In this document: one piece after another, positions 39,378 through 53,417 of the stretch | Layout: each line of letters starts with the position of its first letter | Numbering within the stretch: the first letter of the stretch is position 1 | Assembly: GCA_964304625.1 (NCBI GenBank) | Contig: OZ199838.1 | Coordinates: forward strand, 4,241,354-4,305,353 | Length of the DNA: 64,000 nucleotides | Reading direction: 5' to 3' | Origin: Kudoa neothunni | Taxonomy: Eukaryota > Animalia > Cnidaria | Notes under the pieces: model-generated | Told to the model about the DNA's origin: nothing | Seen by the model: the letters and a program-made list of their open reading frames with translations, nothing else | Database searches by the model: none | Program-made: the position numbers and the translations under genes

Positions 39378-40555
39378 GGTGGCTAAGCTTTGCACGTTAG
39401 TCTGCGCGTGCGCATTGCGAAAGTTGGTTGGTCCACGTTTCGTTTTAAAAGAAACATTGGAAAATCAAGTTATTTCATTCGAAAATATACTTTGGTAAAT
39501 CTATTTTAATATAATACTAATGTTGAATCCTAGTTCATTACCATTACCAAGCTCGGTACCATTTATATTTTTTACATCATTTTTATGTAGATAATTAACG
39601 TGACGGACAATATTAGGTGAATTTAAGGATGCACAACAATGATGTTATATAATAACCGACTTTTTTTAAAATAATTACGTTATAAATTTACAAAACCAGA
39701 CAATCGTCGAGATTATATCAAAAAGTAGCTGTTTTAATCACAGTCGTGTCTCGATATTTCGTAATATTTTGGGCCGAGGAAAAATTACGCAATATTAAGT
39801 CGTCTACGCCCGCACAATAAATTCTATTTTAACATTTCTTACAAAATAATTCATCTACTTTATAATTTTTTATTCATATACTAATAATTTCGCGTACGGT
39901 ATCCTAAACTTGACGAACAGAAAATAATTCATTAGGATTATTGATGACAAAGTTTTTTCTGGACTTATAAAATTTTTTACTTGAGACGTTGTAACGATTT
40001 CATCGTTGTGTTCGGGACAAAGGTATTCACTTCAAAAAGTAAATTTACCCTTGATCATCTTCACCTTAAATGTAAAATTTCATTTTGTTCCAGCAAAATA
40101 ATACCATTAACGTTGCTATCTACACATATGAATATTAAAATTTTTCCATTAATCACTTTATAATGTTATTTCATCACTACATTATTTTAAAATTTTATCT
40201 TAATTTTTCAATATAAACGAAGAAAAGTCAGTTATTTTTTGTTTAAAAATAGGTGGGGTATATAACTGATTTTCTATTTAGAAAAAAGTTTTCCAGCCGG
40301 GAAATTAGTACTCTTTTTGTATATATTTTGACGTTTTATTCATTTTAAAAATAATGCCCGAAAATTTACCGATGTGTGTTTTTTCGCGCCGAAGTTTGCA
40401 CAGATACTGTAATTTAGTCTGTACATTTATGCATAATATTTTTCTCTAATTGGCGTTTAGCGGTGAATTATTCCCAGATCAATTGGTCGCACCACACAAG
40501 CAATGTTTTCGATAGAAATAGGGCCGAAATGTTTTCTAAATAATCGATTGATTAA

Positions 40556-42561
40556 CCCTCGAGGGACTTACCGGGGTCATTCGTGACCCCAATTTCGATA
40601 GTTTGACTTTTTTCACATACTGAACTAAATGAAAGGTTAAAAAATTCCGGATTCCTTAATTACAATATGTAATTGATAATTATAAAGTTATCAAGAAAAA
40701 AGTGTATTTATTGATTTAAATATTTTACTCTGAATGAATGATGTGCTCGCTACCTCATTTAAATATAGTTGTTACGAATCGATATCAAAACAATCAATAT
40801 TAAAAAGAAAGCTAATGACATTAATTTTGATCAAAAAGTGTTAGGGCATTATTGGAAGCGTAAAAGTGCATTTTTTGATTTCGCGCCGATGAACTCCATT
40901 CGGATATGGTGGTTATCCTTAGGAAGAGTCTTCAACAAGCCATGTAACGAAGGAAGGCATACATCGAATTTCTATTTTAAATCAAAAAGGGAAGTAAAAA
41001 AATCCATCATCAACTTTAAAATATATATTTATTTTTAATTAAAAATATGTTTCATAATCCCCACATCTGAACAATTATAAGCATGCTGAGGGGCGTCCCC
41101 CATGTAATAAACAATGATCAAATCATAATCTACAGTTGCACACACGTATTATAGAGCCGCACCGGAGATTGTAACAAACAAATGCTTGAGGTCTTACGCT
41201 CAAAAATTCACTTTAAACCTCAAGTACATATTCTATTATTGTCGTTCATTCCACGAAAAAGTTCTAAAATAATGGTATCTATTTATATAAGGCATTATAT
41301 CCCTTAATATACAAGTAACGTGGGGGTAATGGTATATTGAGTGATGTGAGCATTTAATAGTAACTTAGCAATGGTAGGAATCCCATCACCTAATTTTTAT
41401 TAAATTACATATAATAAGTATAAACAACTAGATGTAGTAAAAGAGTTTAACTACTTAAAAAAATGAAAAAGTCCTGGGATCAAAAATGACCCCAGTTTTT
41501 TATTTCTTCATTCGAACCATAAAAAATATTAAATTTCGGAAAATAAAAACAGGCATAATTTCCGAGTAGTAATCCTCAAAATCCTACGAAAACTGTATTT
41601 GTTAAAATCTGCAATGACAATCTTTGATCCAAATTTAATGTTTGAGCAGAGTTCACATTTATATCATGTAATAAATATTTTAATTATTATTTGCGCAACA
41701 AAATAGAATATTTAATGAGAATAAGATTAGCAAACACTCAGAATGAATTTTGCGATAATTTCGTACATCTGAAACAAACAATAACGGGTTTCTTATCAAT
41801 TTTCCGCAAAAATTTTCAAACCTTGAAACTATTGTTCATTTATTTGATGTGCTGAGTTATAGCAGAATAGATAAGGTTGAGCTCTTAGGATTTTGTGCCT
41901 CGCGGATGTTTCGTTCCATTAATAGAAAGATACAGTAACTTTGCCATTTTTTCAGAAACTTTTTCATAGCCATATTATCTCACAAGTTTTTTTGTAAAAG
42001 AAACAAGCATTTATAAATAATAAATCAATTTAATTGAAAAACATCACCATAGACCGGAATTACTGAGTGTGGATTGACCCCAATTCTCAAAATTTTCAAC
42101 TTCGCCAGATTCTTACGACATGTCCGTTGAAAAGTATTCATAATCATTCTAAAAGATTTTATTCATCATTTTAATTATTACCGGTTAAATCCATCTCAAT
42201 TACCGCTATGTTAAAAATAAAAAATGAAGTCACGTGATCACTAGCATAGGTAATAACCATATGAACTTCAAATTTAGTCATCATATAAACCTAAAATTTG
42301 ATTCATGCAATAATAATTATTTTATCTATCTATTCGATAAAAAAAATCTTGGGTAATTTTTTACCCCTAAAATTCATTGAAGTGAAAACTTGATATAATT
42401 TTTCTGATTTTATATTTTTAGTCATAATATTACAAAATCATATATTACTAACTTTTTTAGATGTTTAGAAAAAAACTCTTATCCTATGAAGAGCAAACAA
42501 ATAACGAATACAACCATAACTTTTCGTTGGGGTAAAAATTTACCCCAAATTCATTGTAGGG
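40556..42561. mobile_element. Two adjacent degenerate non-autonomous piggyBac-like elements (boundary near 41600)
   Basis: TTAA|CCCTCGAGGG...GGGGTCATTCGTGACCCC at the left and GGGGTAAAAATTTACCCC...TGTAGGG|TTAA at the right. The two ends do not match each other. Further palindromes near 41476-41493 and 42350-42367. Confidence 0.5.
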
Positions 42562-42705
42562 TTAATAACTATTATATTCATAAATGAATTTTTATGGAAT
42601 GTATTTGAGTAAACAACTTTTTATAATTCTATAATAATATTGATTACCAATAATAATTTCATAATTGGCCAAATTAATATTTTACCTTATTATATACAAT
42701 TTTTA

Positions 42706-44845
42706 ATCAGTTCGTTTCTGTCGATATTGACCCCGTATAGGTCTCATCTGAGACAATCTGAACTGATTCCGAGTTGGACGATTGAATTAATTGGCTTTCA
42801 ACTCGTACAATCGATTTGTATTTGGATATAATATTGTGGATAACATTCTCTTTTCTTCTTGTGGCATGTTTTGGAAACTACGATTGAGAATACAATGATG
42901 ATGATTGTTCTTGTTCAATGGGTGGGCCAAATAGAAATGCTTATTGGTATGAATAACATAGAAGTGGGTCAATGATTCAATGTAGTGCTCTTTGAACTGA
43001 GCATCTTTATTTTCGTCATAGCTACTACGACTCCTATTAGAGGCTCTCGTTGGTGATGAGCCTATTTTGAATTTATAAGGATATACAATGTTGACAGGGA
43101 GTTTATTTTCATTGCTTATCGATAAAAATGATATTGCAACCTTATACAGGCTAGCAAATGCACTAGATATTACAACATGGTCTATTTTTTCTAATTTTTT
43201 CAAATCGGTGAAACAGTGCAACCATTCTTGGTAACTAACATAGTCAGAGCTGTCCTTTCTTTGGAAACAATTAAATAACAACCTAAAATCACAAACTTTA
43301 AACATGACATGATAACTCATTAAATTTAGCCATATGTTTATTGTGTCTAACCAGCATCAAACGCTGTATAATTTAACGAAAATCATTTTTTTAGTTAGAA
43401 ATCATGTAATTATTAAACAAATCTATATGAACCTACAGATAATATTCTTTATTTCTAATTATCTCTTGTGTCAGCGTTTCAGTCATATTAGTGGGATTGA
43501 TAATTAAGGAATAATGATGAATTATTTCATAAATCATTTGGAGAGTAGCAATAATTCCTTTTGCCTGAAATCATGAGATTCCGATGAGATATGATTGGTG
43601 TTAGTCCAAATCAGGGTAGTATTTGGCTTTTATATAGGTTTAAATTTATTTCTTTGATAATATGATTTATTTGGTAACGTGAGGTTTCAATATAAGACGT
43701 GGGTTCTTCTTGAATCTTACAGCCCGGAGGTACAATCTCTGGAGCTCCATTTTTTGGTTTGGAGTTTTTCTCATCAAAATCAATCACATTTTTAACGGTT
43801 GTTATATAGTAGCCACCATCAGAAATATTACTTTCAAGAAGACTAAACAGAAATGTGAAATCAGAATATCCAGGATAGGACTTATAGCATTCCACAAAAT
43901 CGTCCCCATTGACTTGTAGAAACTTGTGTGAACCATATTTATTTTTTAGGTGGGAACAAAATGATATCAGTGTCAAGGTAATCACACTCACCAAATGCAA
44001 TAACATAAGGGGAGTAGTTGGGAAGTGCCATCGACAAATCACATGAAAACATCACGTCCAATGTCCTCATAAGTCTAATATATGTAGAATTAGCAGACAA
44101 ACAGAGCGCGAGTTGTACTCACTTGGCGGGCAATACACACAAAAATGAAGTCTGAAAGAATTTCATTTCTCCAATCCACATTCCCATTAATATCGATAGA
44201 ACAGCACCAACAATGAATGTTAAAAAAGTTTTATATTCGAAGTACATTCTAATAAAAACTTTTATCCAGAAGCATATGTTTGAGACGAAGCTGAAGAAAC
44301 TAAATATTTTTAGTAAGTCTAAGCGAATAACCTCATCTTTGAGTTTTGAATGAGATTAATCATAACTAAAAAATTACTATGATTTCATTTCGTTCTTTTT
44401 CAGTGTACAAAAATTTTCTATGGAATTTGTTTTTGTTGATGCAAATAGTTTCATCAAGGGAAGATATATCCTGACAAACACTCATAAATGATAGAATTTT
44501 CCTTTTCACACCAGGAATTTCTCTCCAAGCAGAGTGGGAGAAAAACAACGACAACACCGTCACCATTGAACAATATGGAAAGTAGATCAAAAGATAAATT
44601 TTAGTGTAGAATTTGCATTTCGAGGACACATAACTCAATTCTGAGGTTGCAAAGTCGATTGTGTCATTGTAAGCAGGCACACACAAGGCTTGTATGCCCT
44701 CCAACCAAAATTGAACGTACACAACCGCACTACTCAACGCCATCACATACAAAATAATATCAAATACGAATTCCCACGCAAATTTCAAATTCCTGTAGCC
44801 TTTGCTTTCTTTCTTTAACGCGATTAACATTGCCTGAAACACCAT
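42706..44845 (-). pseudogene. LRRC8/pannexin-like pore domain + OTU-like domain, paralog A (frameshifted)
   Basis: MVFQAML...LKFAWEFVFD, CVP, YVSSKC, YFPY, WREIP..KRKI.SF, FSCD, YPGYSDFTF. Introns 44377-44300, 44122-44075 and 43436-43283. +1 frameshifts at A5 (44254-44258) and G4 (44009-44012), with more near 43620-43570. The 3' end is uncertain (42787 or ~42706). Confidence 0.75.
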
Positions 44846-45498
44846 TTTGAATTTGAGATAATCTTTTTTCGCAATTGCCCACTGTGTTTGACTCTGATTA
44901 GGATAACAACTTACTAATAAGGTTAGACGATTCATTGACTGATCGGCTGATTAGTATACTTCATCAGTTTACTAATTAAGATAATTTCCACCAAAACATA
45001 ATTTTAAACATATATTTTTTGTCAAGGTTTCCATCATTATCAAACCATGTTTTTCAACTTTTACAAAGTTGACACATTTTCAAAAATTAATAAAATTACT
45101 ATTCAAATTTCTAAAACTTATCAGATCATTTGCGTTTTTTAAAATGTTAGACATACGGAATTTTGTCTCTATGTTGTCTCAGAAGGTTAACCATTGTCAA
45201 CCCTATTTTTAATGCTATAAATGTAATTTCAAGTATGAGCCATTTCCAACGCCTAAAATCAAAACAAAAACTACTCGCCAAAATTAATTGTACATTATTC
45301 TCGAAAAAAGTCGCCATTCTTACAAAATTTTAAATAAAGCCACTTAGATAAAGAAAATGAATATAGTTATTAATAAAAATATGTTAAATTATATTTTACA
45401 ATATTATAAAAAAGTAGTTATTACAACAAGTTAATCCACACTATGTTGTTCGGATAAAGAAAAACGTCGGCAGGACATGCATGCATCGTCTATTGTCT

Positions 45499-47642
45499 CT
45501 ATAAATCACTAATATCATAAGAATTCCAATCGAAGGTCACGAAAAGAGAGGTGGTTTTTTGGGGCCTTTTCACAAAGGCAGATCTTCTTTTCACATTGTA
45601 ACTATTAGTAACTGATTTTATCTTCTTTTTGTATTTATAAAGTAGATTTCTTAGTTGATGTTTTTCTTGTTCGGTGTAGTTGTCAAAGGTCTTATCGAAA
45701 ATCGTATCACGACTTTGATTATCGATGGTTCTTTTCAATACGAAATAAATATTTTTAGCTTTGACAACATAAAAATGGCGAGTATTAGTATAAGAAACGT
45801 TATCACATTCATCTTCACTATCGGCAATAGTGTACGGATGGAAAATTTCAACTGCGTTTCTCTCACATTCATTTAACGCAATTACCGTGATAGTTGCACG
45901 GTAAATGTTACAAAATGCAGACAGCACGACAAAATAGCAGAAATGAACCAACTGATCTATCGAGATAATCATTTTGTACCATTGTTTGGGGTAAATAGGT
46001 TCTTTTTTATATTTTTTAATCCTCAGACAGTTGGCATATAACCTAAATTACATAAAAAACTATCATCCAATTTACCATACACGAATTAATATTAAACAGA
46101 AAAAATTATTGTTAATCGTCACACACATATAATTTTCGTACAGTAAATATTCTTTTTGTTTAATAATTTCATTTTTTATCCGTTCAACCAACATAGTGCA
46201 ATCATCAATCACGAATAATGGTTCTATGGTATGATACAGCCCCATAAGACAACTAGTCAGACTCCAACCATCAGAATATTTTTGTGAGAATTCATCACCC
46301 GCAACCATCGGCTGAGGTGTGTCTTCGAAAGAGAACTTAGATAGTAACTCTATGTAAAAATTTTTTAGGTCTGCTGCGCTTATAAATTGAAGAGAATCGT
46401 CCTCATCACTATCAATATCAATTCCAATAGTATCATGAGAAGATAGGTTATCATCCTCAAAATCAGAAGAGTGACTAGAATGGATTGTTAATGTAGACTG
46501 AGGTTGACACAATGAGTAGTTGCTGGACGGATTATCAAACCTGATCATATTATTGCTGTCTTTCAACAACATCACTTTCATAAAGTTGTGAAGAAGCAAA
46601 CCACCATCGTAAACGTTGCTGTGAATTAAAGCAAACATAAACATGATATCATTGAATCCGGGGTAGGATTTGAATTCTTCAATCAACTCGCTAGCGTCTA
46701 CTGTTGTTATTGGATAAGGATGAAAGTAATGGCTCAAAAGAGCTCTCACCGTCAGAATTAGTATGATACAATATATCAACCAATGGAATAGCATGATAGC
46801 ATATGTTGGCAAAGCTGATGACACGTCGCAACTAAATTGATTATCGTATTTGTTGTAGTATCTAGAAAAATAAGGTGATAGTTGGAAGGTCATATCGCAA
46901 CTATTATTAGTTCAAAATGAAAATACTTTGCTTCAATTTTACAACTGAATGTCGATTGTAAGAAAGAAAGCGTGTATAGGAATGCAGAGATAATCACCAC
47001 AAACAACACGCACAACAAGGATGTAAAAGTTGTTTTGAAAATGTAATATTTGGAAAGGCTACTTTTCTCTAGCAGAAGATGAAACATTTTTAATTGGATG
47101 TGCTAACATTGAAAGAATAATTGTTAGTGGTTTCGAACAGTTTATTTGTAAAAAAACTGAAATACCTTAACTAGGTTGCACTGTTTTTGGCTAAAACTAA
47201 AATTTCGTAATAAACCACGATTCACCTCATCTCGCTCATAAAACACTTGATCCAACGACATCACTTCCAAACACAACGTTCCAAACAAATTGATTTTTGA
47301 CTGAATCCATGGGATTTCTTTCCAGAAAAAATGGGCCATCGTCAACAACAACACTGAAGCAGCAGAAAAATATGGAAAATATATCAAAAGTGCTATTCTG
47401 TACTTTAACTTGCAGCACGATGCAACAAATAACATCTCAAAGGTTTCCACCAACTCCAATGGACCGTACGAGGGCACACACCAGACTCGATTGCCCTCAA
47501 AAATATAATTCAAATACAACAATGAGCTGCATATTATAAGCAAGATTAAAAAGCTATCCACAACCCATTCCCAGGAAAATCTCATTCTTTTAAATGAACC
47601 ATCTGCACTAGAGATGGATTTTAGCATAGCAGCAAAAATCAT
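45499..47642 (-). CDS. LRRC8/pannexin-like pore domain + OTU-like domain, paralog B (intact, 4 exons)
   Basis: Introns 47165-47103, 46926-46901 (26 nt) and 46126-46043 join the four ORFs in frame. Motifs FSWEWVVD, WCVP, VASCC, YFPY, FFWKEIP...SKI..F, FSC..., FSCD and YPGFNDIMFMFALI. OTU-like SDGWSLTSCL...IKNEIIKQKE...LSAFCNIYRATITVI. Confidence 0.8.
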
Positions 47643-49009
47643 GGCTCCAACTTTCTTGATTAATGTTTTATTTTCTAAATTCAATAAAAAAATATACAGC
47701 ATAATTTTAATATTCATACCAAAAACAACTGTTCTTACCTTATCAAATATTATTCACAAAAGGTTCATTTAACCAACACATCCAATGGCAGGTAGTTTCA
47801 ACGATTATAACCAACAAAATTTAATAGGTATATTTTTAAATAACGCTATAGTTCAGTTGAGATTTCAATTTAACGGTTATCTAATAAATTCCACTATTTA
47901 TTCACTCTAATGGTATTAGTAAGCTGCGCAATTCCCGTTTTGAATGATTGTTACACGTAATGCATATAGGAGATTTGCCATCTTGACATATTCTCACCAC
48001 GCATTTAACACATTATTAAATATGATAATGTTGATCAACGATTTTAATGACACAAGCGAGACTCTTAGATGGAATTAAACAATTTATTTTTCTTATCTTT
48101 TTCTGTTTGCTGCATTCATTCACAGTAACGGGTGCATCGTTCATATTTCCGACAAAAATTTAGCTTGGTAACAATATCATTTATCGCCTGAGCGAAATCA
48201 TGATTGATTTTAGTCCGGATAAAAATTACATTGTATTTATGCTTCATACACATTAGAGTAGATTTCTAAATTTCCTTAGAGAAAAACCATTCCTACTCAT
48301 GTCGCAACTTCAGTAGGATGTAAATTATTTAATCGAATCCTGATTTAATTCGGCATTTTCATATTACATTAGCGCGAACTTCCGGTATCGTCAAAGATTT
48401 GGAATATTTTGCATTAAATATTCTTAAAGTCATTTAAAAATATTATTTAGCCCTAGAACTAGTTAAACGATAAGATTTTAAGTATCACTTCTAGCATTTC
48501 TGACTAGCGAAATTAAAATTAAGATATTTCGGGAAATTGTAAAAATTAAAAAATTGTATAACTAGATGAAAATTTAGGAAAATTAATTTTTATAGGAAAA
48601 ATTAATGTCGAAATTCCGGCATAAACTAAAATACATTATTTATAACAAACTGCTGCACAACCTCTAGATACCAATCTAAATAATTTATATAATTAGATCG
48701 AGTAAAAATACAACGTCTCCATTGGATTTATTCGTGTCAGTTCAGTTAAGGGGCGGCCTCAATGGAGTCGAAAGATACAGCCCTAATATTATAAGAAGGA
48801 ATCGTAATTTCCGATGTTGATTTTTAAAAAATTCGACGGCTAAAATCGCTTGTAATCGAACACTACGATCCCTAATTATAAGAATTTTTTCTATGTGAAA
48901 ATCATAAACAACAGCGGTTCATAATTAATTAGGTAGACGTGAATCTCTCTGTATATTTAAAACAAATATTGAAACTTTAGAGATGTACCTATCTAGTAAA
49001 GTATATTAA

Positions 49010-49888
49010 CCTTCGAAGTAGTTGAAAAATTTACACTCTTCTAATAAAAATGGGCAGAAATCTACCCCACTTTATTATTTGATAGAACTGTGTCGATTAA
49101 AATTCAGCATTGACTGACAAGATATGAGGAAAATTCATCGAGTAAATTTTGAATAAATGACTAATTATTAAGGTTATATCTCTACATGCATGCGCAAATA
49201 TTAACATTGTTACATTTCTACGGAGTACGATTGTATTTATAGGTGTATTTCTGTGTATTTTTAGTTGTAACATTTAATTCAAATTTTAGAACAGCTGCCA
49301 ATTAATTTATTTAAAAAACCCAGCGTATAACTGCGCCGAAAAACACATAATGATGGAATACAGTGCTTATTTCACAAAAAAGTTATCATATATGTTTTTA
49401 AACTCTTTCCAAAACATAACATTTGTCAAAATATTGAACAATTATATCATGTGGCTTTTTAATGCTCTCTACAACGTAGAAATAAGCAAATTGATAAAAA
49501 GTCATCGTATTTTGAATAATTGGTATAAAAATAACGAGAGAATGAGGAGCTATCGTTGTATGTTGGTGTGGAACGACACGCTTATATCGATGTTGCGCAT
49601 GCGGACTAGCATCTCTTGTACAGTGTTTTGTTATTTATTCATTATTTACTCGATAAAATTTCCGTAAATTTTTAAAAATCACATGTATCAATATTTGAAA
49701 TCGTTTTATGAAAGAAGAATGTGGGGTAGATTTCTACTCCAATTTTATTTGGAAGGTGTTTTTACACTAACTTTTTTGGTATAAAGCAAACAAAAATTTC
49801 AATTCGTTTTTCTGAAAGCTTTTATACGCTATAATATTGTTGGCAAAATTCACTTGGTGTAGAATTATATCCCATTTTATTTAGAAGG
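49010..49888. mobile_element. Non-autonomous piggyBac derivative of the PB2 family
   Basis: TTAA on both sides. The left ~60 bp resembles 25139-25198. The right end TTTAGAAGG|TTAA and subterminal GGGGTAGATTTCTACTCC match PB2. Confidence 0.85.
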
Positions 49889-49953
49889 TTAAAGTCCTAG
49901 CCTAAGGAGTATATTTACAGCCACACCAAAATGAATATATATATATATATATA

Positions 49954-51050
49954 CTAGCGCAAATGTCCCGCTTCACGTAGGCTTTCTTGTCCGCTACGCA
50001 GATTTAAGCCTTGAGTAGGTCAAAGTTATTTTAAGTTCAAAGTAAATTATAATTATCTTATCGTCCTTACTACTACAATTTTTATCGAAATGACCAGCAA
50101 TAACCCAACCATCTTCATATTCTTCTTTATTGGAGCTTATTTACATTTATAAATCATAAGTTCTTACAACTCATGTGGCGTTTAACCCTAGAAAGCTCGC
50201 CAAAAATAGTTACACAAAGGCTCAGTGGATCCCCTTTTTGATCAATTTATACTTGGACCAAAAAGGGGTCCACTGGGCCTTTGTGTAACTTTTTAAAAAT
50301 CTGATAAAAAACATACATAGAATGAACAAATTTTTTTCACTCCTGTAAATATAATTACATAAAATTTATTATTTAATTTACGTAACATTAATTTTGTAGT
50401 ATAGAATGCCCCTATAATTTTATAAATATTTAATTAAATTTTGGATCAAAAAAGGACCCACCGAACTTTCTAGGGTTAATCACTCTAACTAACCCGTCGA
50501 TGAACTAACTGATCTAAAGTTAGTTAACAATGTTTCATTTAATCATAACGTGCTAACGTCATTTTATGTTTATTTAAAAAATATTTAAAACATTTTATCT
50601 TTAATTAAACGTGAACAGTAAAAATTTATTCACGTGTATTTATCTCCCTTTTAAACAACAAATCTTCGTTTACACTAAGTCCTCGCCTACACACAAACGA
50701 ATGTTGTAGATCGTCTTAAGTACGTTCAAAAGTAGAAAAGAGTAAACTTTTAAAATTTCAGTTGTATTAAAATACAGAAAATTAGAGTTATCTACGCATA
50801 TCTCTGAACCAATTAGAAAATCATGTGCAGTGGTAATCTCATTATCATCAGTTCTAATCTGCCTACAAAAAATTTACACCACCAATTCACCACTTTATGA
50901 GCAAGTAGACAATCCCGTTATATTGTTGTTGTTCATTTGATATTTTTTAAATTACACTAACAGACTCAATAAGGAGAAAAAGCCTCTATATAAGGAGAAG
51001 ATTAATGCACACATACGGACACTACTACTGTATATATATATATATATATA
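49954..51050 (-). mobile_element. Non-autonomous Helitron-like element H1
   Basis: Minus-strand 3' end GTGAAGCGGGAC...GCGCTAG|T inside (TA)n. The putative 5' end lies in the TA run at 51031-51050, followed by a GT-rich tract. Confidence 0.5.
50186..50475. mobile_element. 290-bp piggyBac MITE nested in H1
   Basis: TTAA|CCCTAGAAAGCTCG ... CGAACTTTCTAGGG|TTAA, with an internal hairpin at 50208-50290. Confidence 0.9.
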
Positions 51051-51387
51051 AATTTCTCCATTCAACATGAAAACTAATAGTTAAAATTTTCCATCACACA
51101 CCATCAACCCAAGCTGGGTATATGCGCTGGTTCCATATAAATACACTATTTAAATTAGAAACGCTTTCGTATTCAACAAAAAAAATCGGCGGCAAATCTA
51201 AAAATTCAAAAAAACATTCGAAATTTATTCATCCTCAGTAACATGTAGAATTAAGCAAGAAACATCCTCTGTAATTTTTGCACCAATGCGGCCAACCCGA
51301 ATCAGACATCCTGACAATTTTTTCCGGACAAAATCGGCAATATGAGAATTTTTGTAAATGGAAACCTCATGTTTAATTATATATATA

Positions 51388-53414
51388 CTAGCGTAAAAGC
51401 CCCGCTTCGCGAAGACTTCCTTACCCAGCCAAGTAGGCTAAAACCTGGCGCAGACTATAGTCTTTTTGATTTTTAAGTAAATAGTGCTAATGCCTAGCTT
51501 TGTCTCGTACCGTGTGCTTGAAAATTTTGACTTTTAATTTTATTTTCGAATAGAAAAATTTTACGAAAGATTTAATCAAATTAGCACGTTAAACACTGTA
51601 AATTTCCTTTTTCTTTTTTAATTGATGCATTTTAAAACTTGTCATTATTTCTGCAATGTGATGATTTCGAAAAACAAAATTACGCAAGTATTTTCAATTC
51701 AAATATAAATAAAGGTATGGAGAGAAATTAATGAGTAATTTTGAGTTTATTTTACAAATTATTGACCAAAACTATGATGACCTTAATTTTAAGAGAAATG
51801 TAATTAGCAACTAAAGTTCATTTATTCATTAAACAAAATCATCAAGTAACTTAAATAGGACGTTCAGTTTTTTTCAAAATTTTGCGATAGAAATTAATCC
51901 TTCTAGTTATAAAATTTATTATTAGTCTACAAACGACAAAAATAATAAAATCGACCTAAGATGCGTTAGAAATAAAAATATTAATTGTTACTCCTTTTTT
52001 TCAATTTTGTTAAAGAAGTTAATGATGTTTTAAAAAGCTGTGAGCGATAACTTACGTATTCACTATTTTAACATAATTCTCCAATTTTTAAATAAGTAGA
52101 ACCTTTTTTAACAAAAATACTTACTAGTTCAAAAATATACAAATTTAATTAATAAAATACGATTAAATCCAAAATATAAAGGAGTTTTTGGTTTGAAAAA
52201 TTACAGTAATGCTTAAATATCAACTGGTTTTCTCGAAGGAGCGCACCCTTTCAAAAACAACGTACTGTTTGATTGCCCTAAAAAAATTTCTTTGTATTGA
52301 ACTATTCTTAGATTAACGAAAACTTTGCGAAAATATTGGTTAGATCGAATAGACCAATAATTTCTTATTAACTTACATGACACGTATTGAGATTGAGAGG
52401 AGACTTTATTTTGTGAAAAAGTAATCGTGAATATAAATTCATAAACTACGTATAGAATATGGTGTCGCATAGTTTCATTCAGCTTTTATTTCATAATGAA
52501 TTATTTTTAACGAAAATAATTATATATTGATTTGAATATTAAATCTAAGGTCTGGAGTAAGGAATAATTAGGTTACTAAGAACTTAAACATTATTTTAAA
52601 AATTACCTCATCAAATATAGGAACTTATTGAATTAGTTATATCAGCAGTTTTTCAAGAAAGTTTAGGAAAACGAAAATATGAGTAAAAACTTATCGAAAG
52701 ACAAATATAGTTTCAATCTCAATCGATATATTTGATAAAAAGAAATTTTCACATCTCAGGAATTCCAATGGAGCATAACTTTCATTTAAGAAATTATCAC
52801 AAAAATTTTAATATTTGAAAACTCTACACATATCAGATCCTACATCGTTTTTAGAATGCGTATAGAGACCAAAATTATTCCAAAGTGGCAACAACTTTAA
52901 CCCCAAATTATGTGTCTTATTTAAAATGATCATAATCTATTTTGATTAACTATATCTATAAAGCTTGTAAAGAGGAAAAATATCCCAAATAACTTATTTA
53001 TGCTCCAAATTTGAAGGGAAATGCAACAATTCTTGTAAATGTGACGTTAATAGTTTTATTTATCTTAAAATTACTCCTAACAGACATATGTAAAATTTTT
53101 AGAACATTCTATTCCATAATTAAGAGACTCTTTCTATATATAATGCGAAAAATTCATTTTAATTGGTTATCACTCCGAAATAAACCAATATCAATATTAT
53201 TCAGGTACATTTAATCTGCTTATTGATACAGCCAACCAGAAAATTTCTTACTTCTGATACCGATATTTATTATGTAAGCAATTATAAGTGAACTTGCGAT
53301 TTTTTTAAAGTATCATCCATCTAAATGTATATTAAAAGTTGTATTTAAAAAAAGTTTCTCCGTGGCACATGTGTACGGCTGCAAATACACACACAGACAA
53401 CAGCCTTTATATGT
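51388..53414 (-). mobile_element. Non-autonomous Helitron-like element H2
   Basis: 3' end GCGAAGCGGGGC...ACGCTAG|T. The 5' region ATATAAAGGCTG..GTCTGTGTGTG...CACATGTG resembles the H3 5' end. Confidence 0.55.
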
Positions 53415-53417
53415 ACA

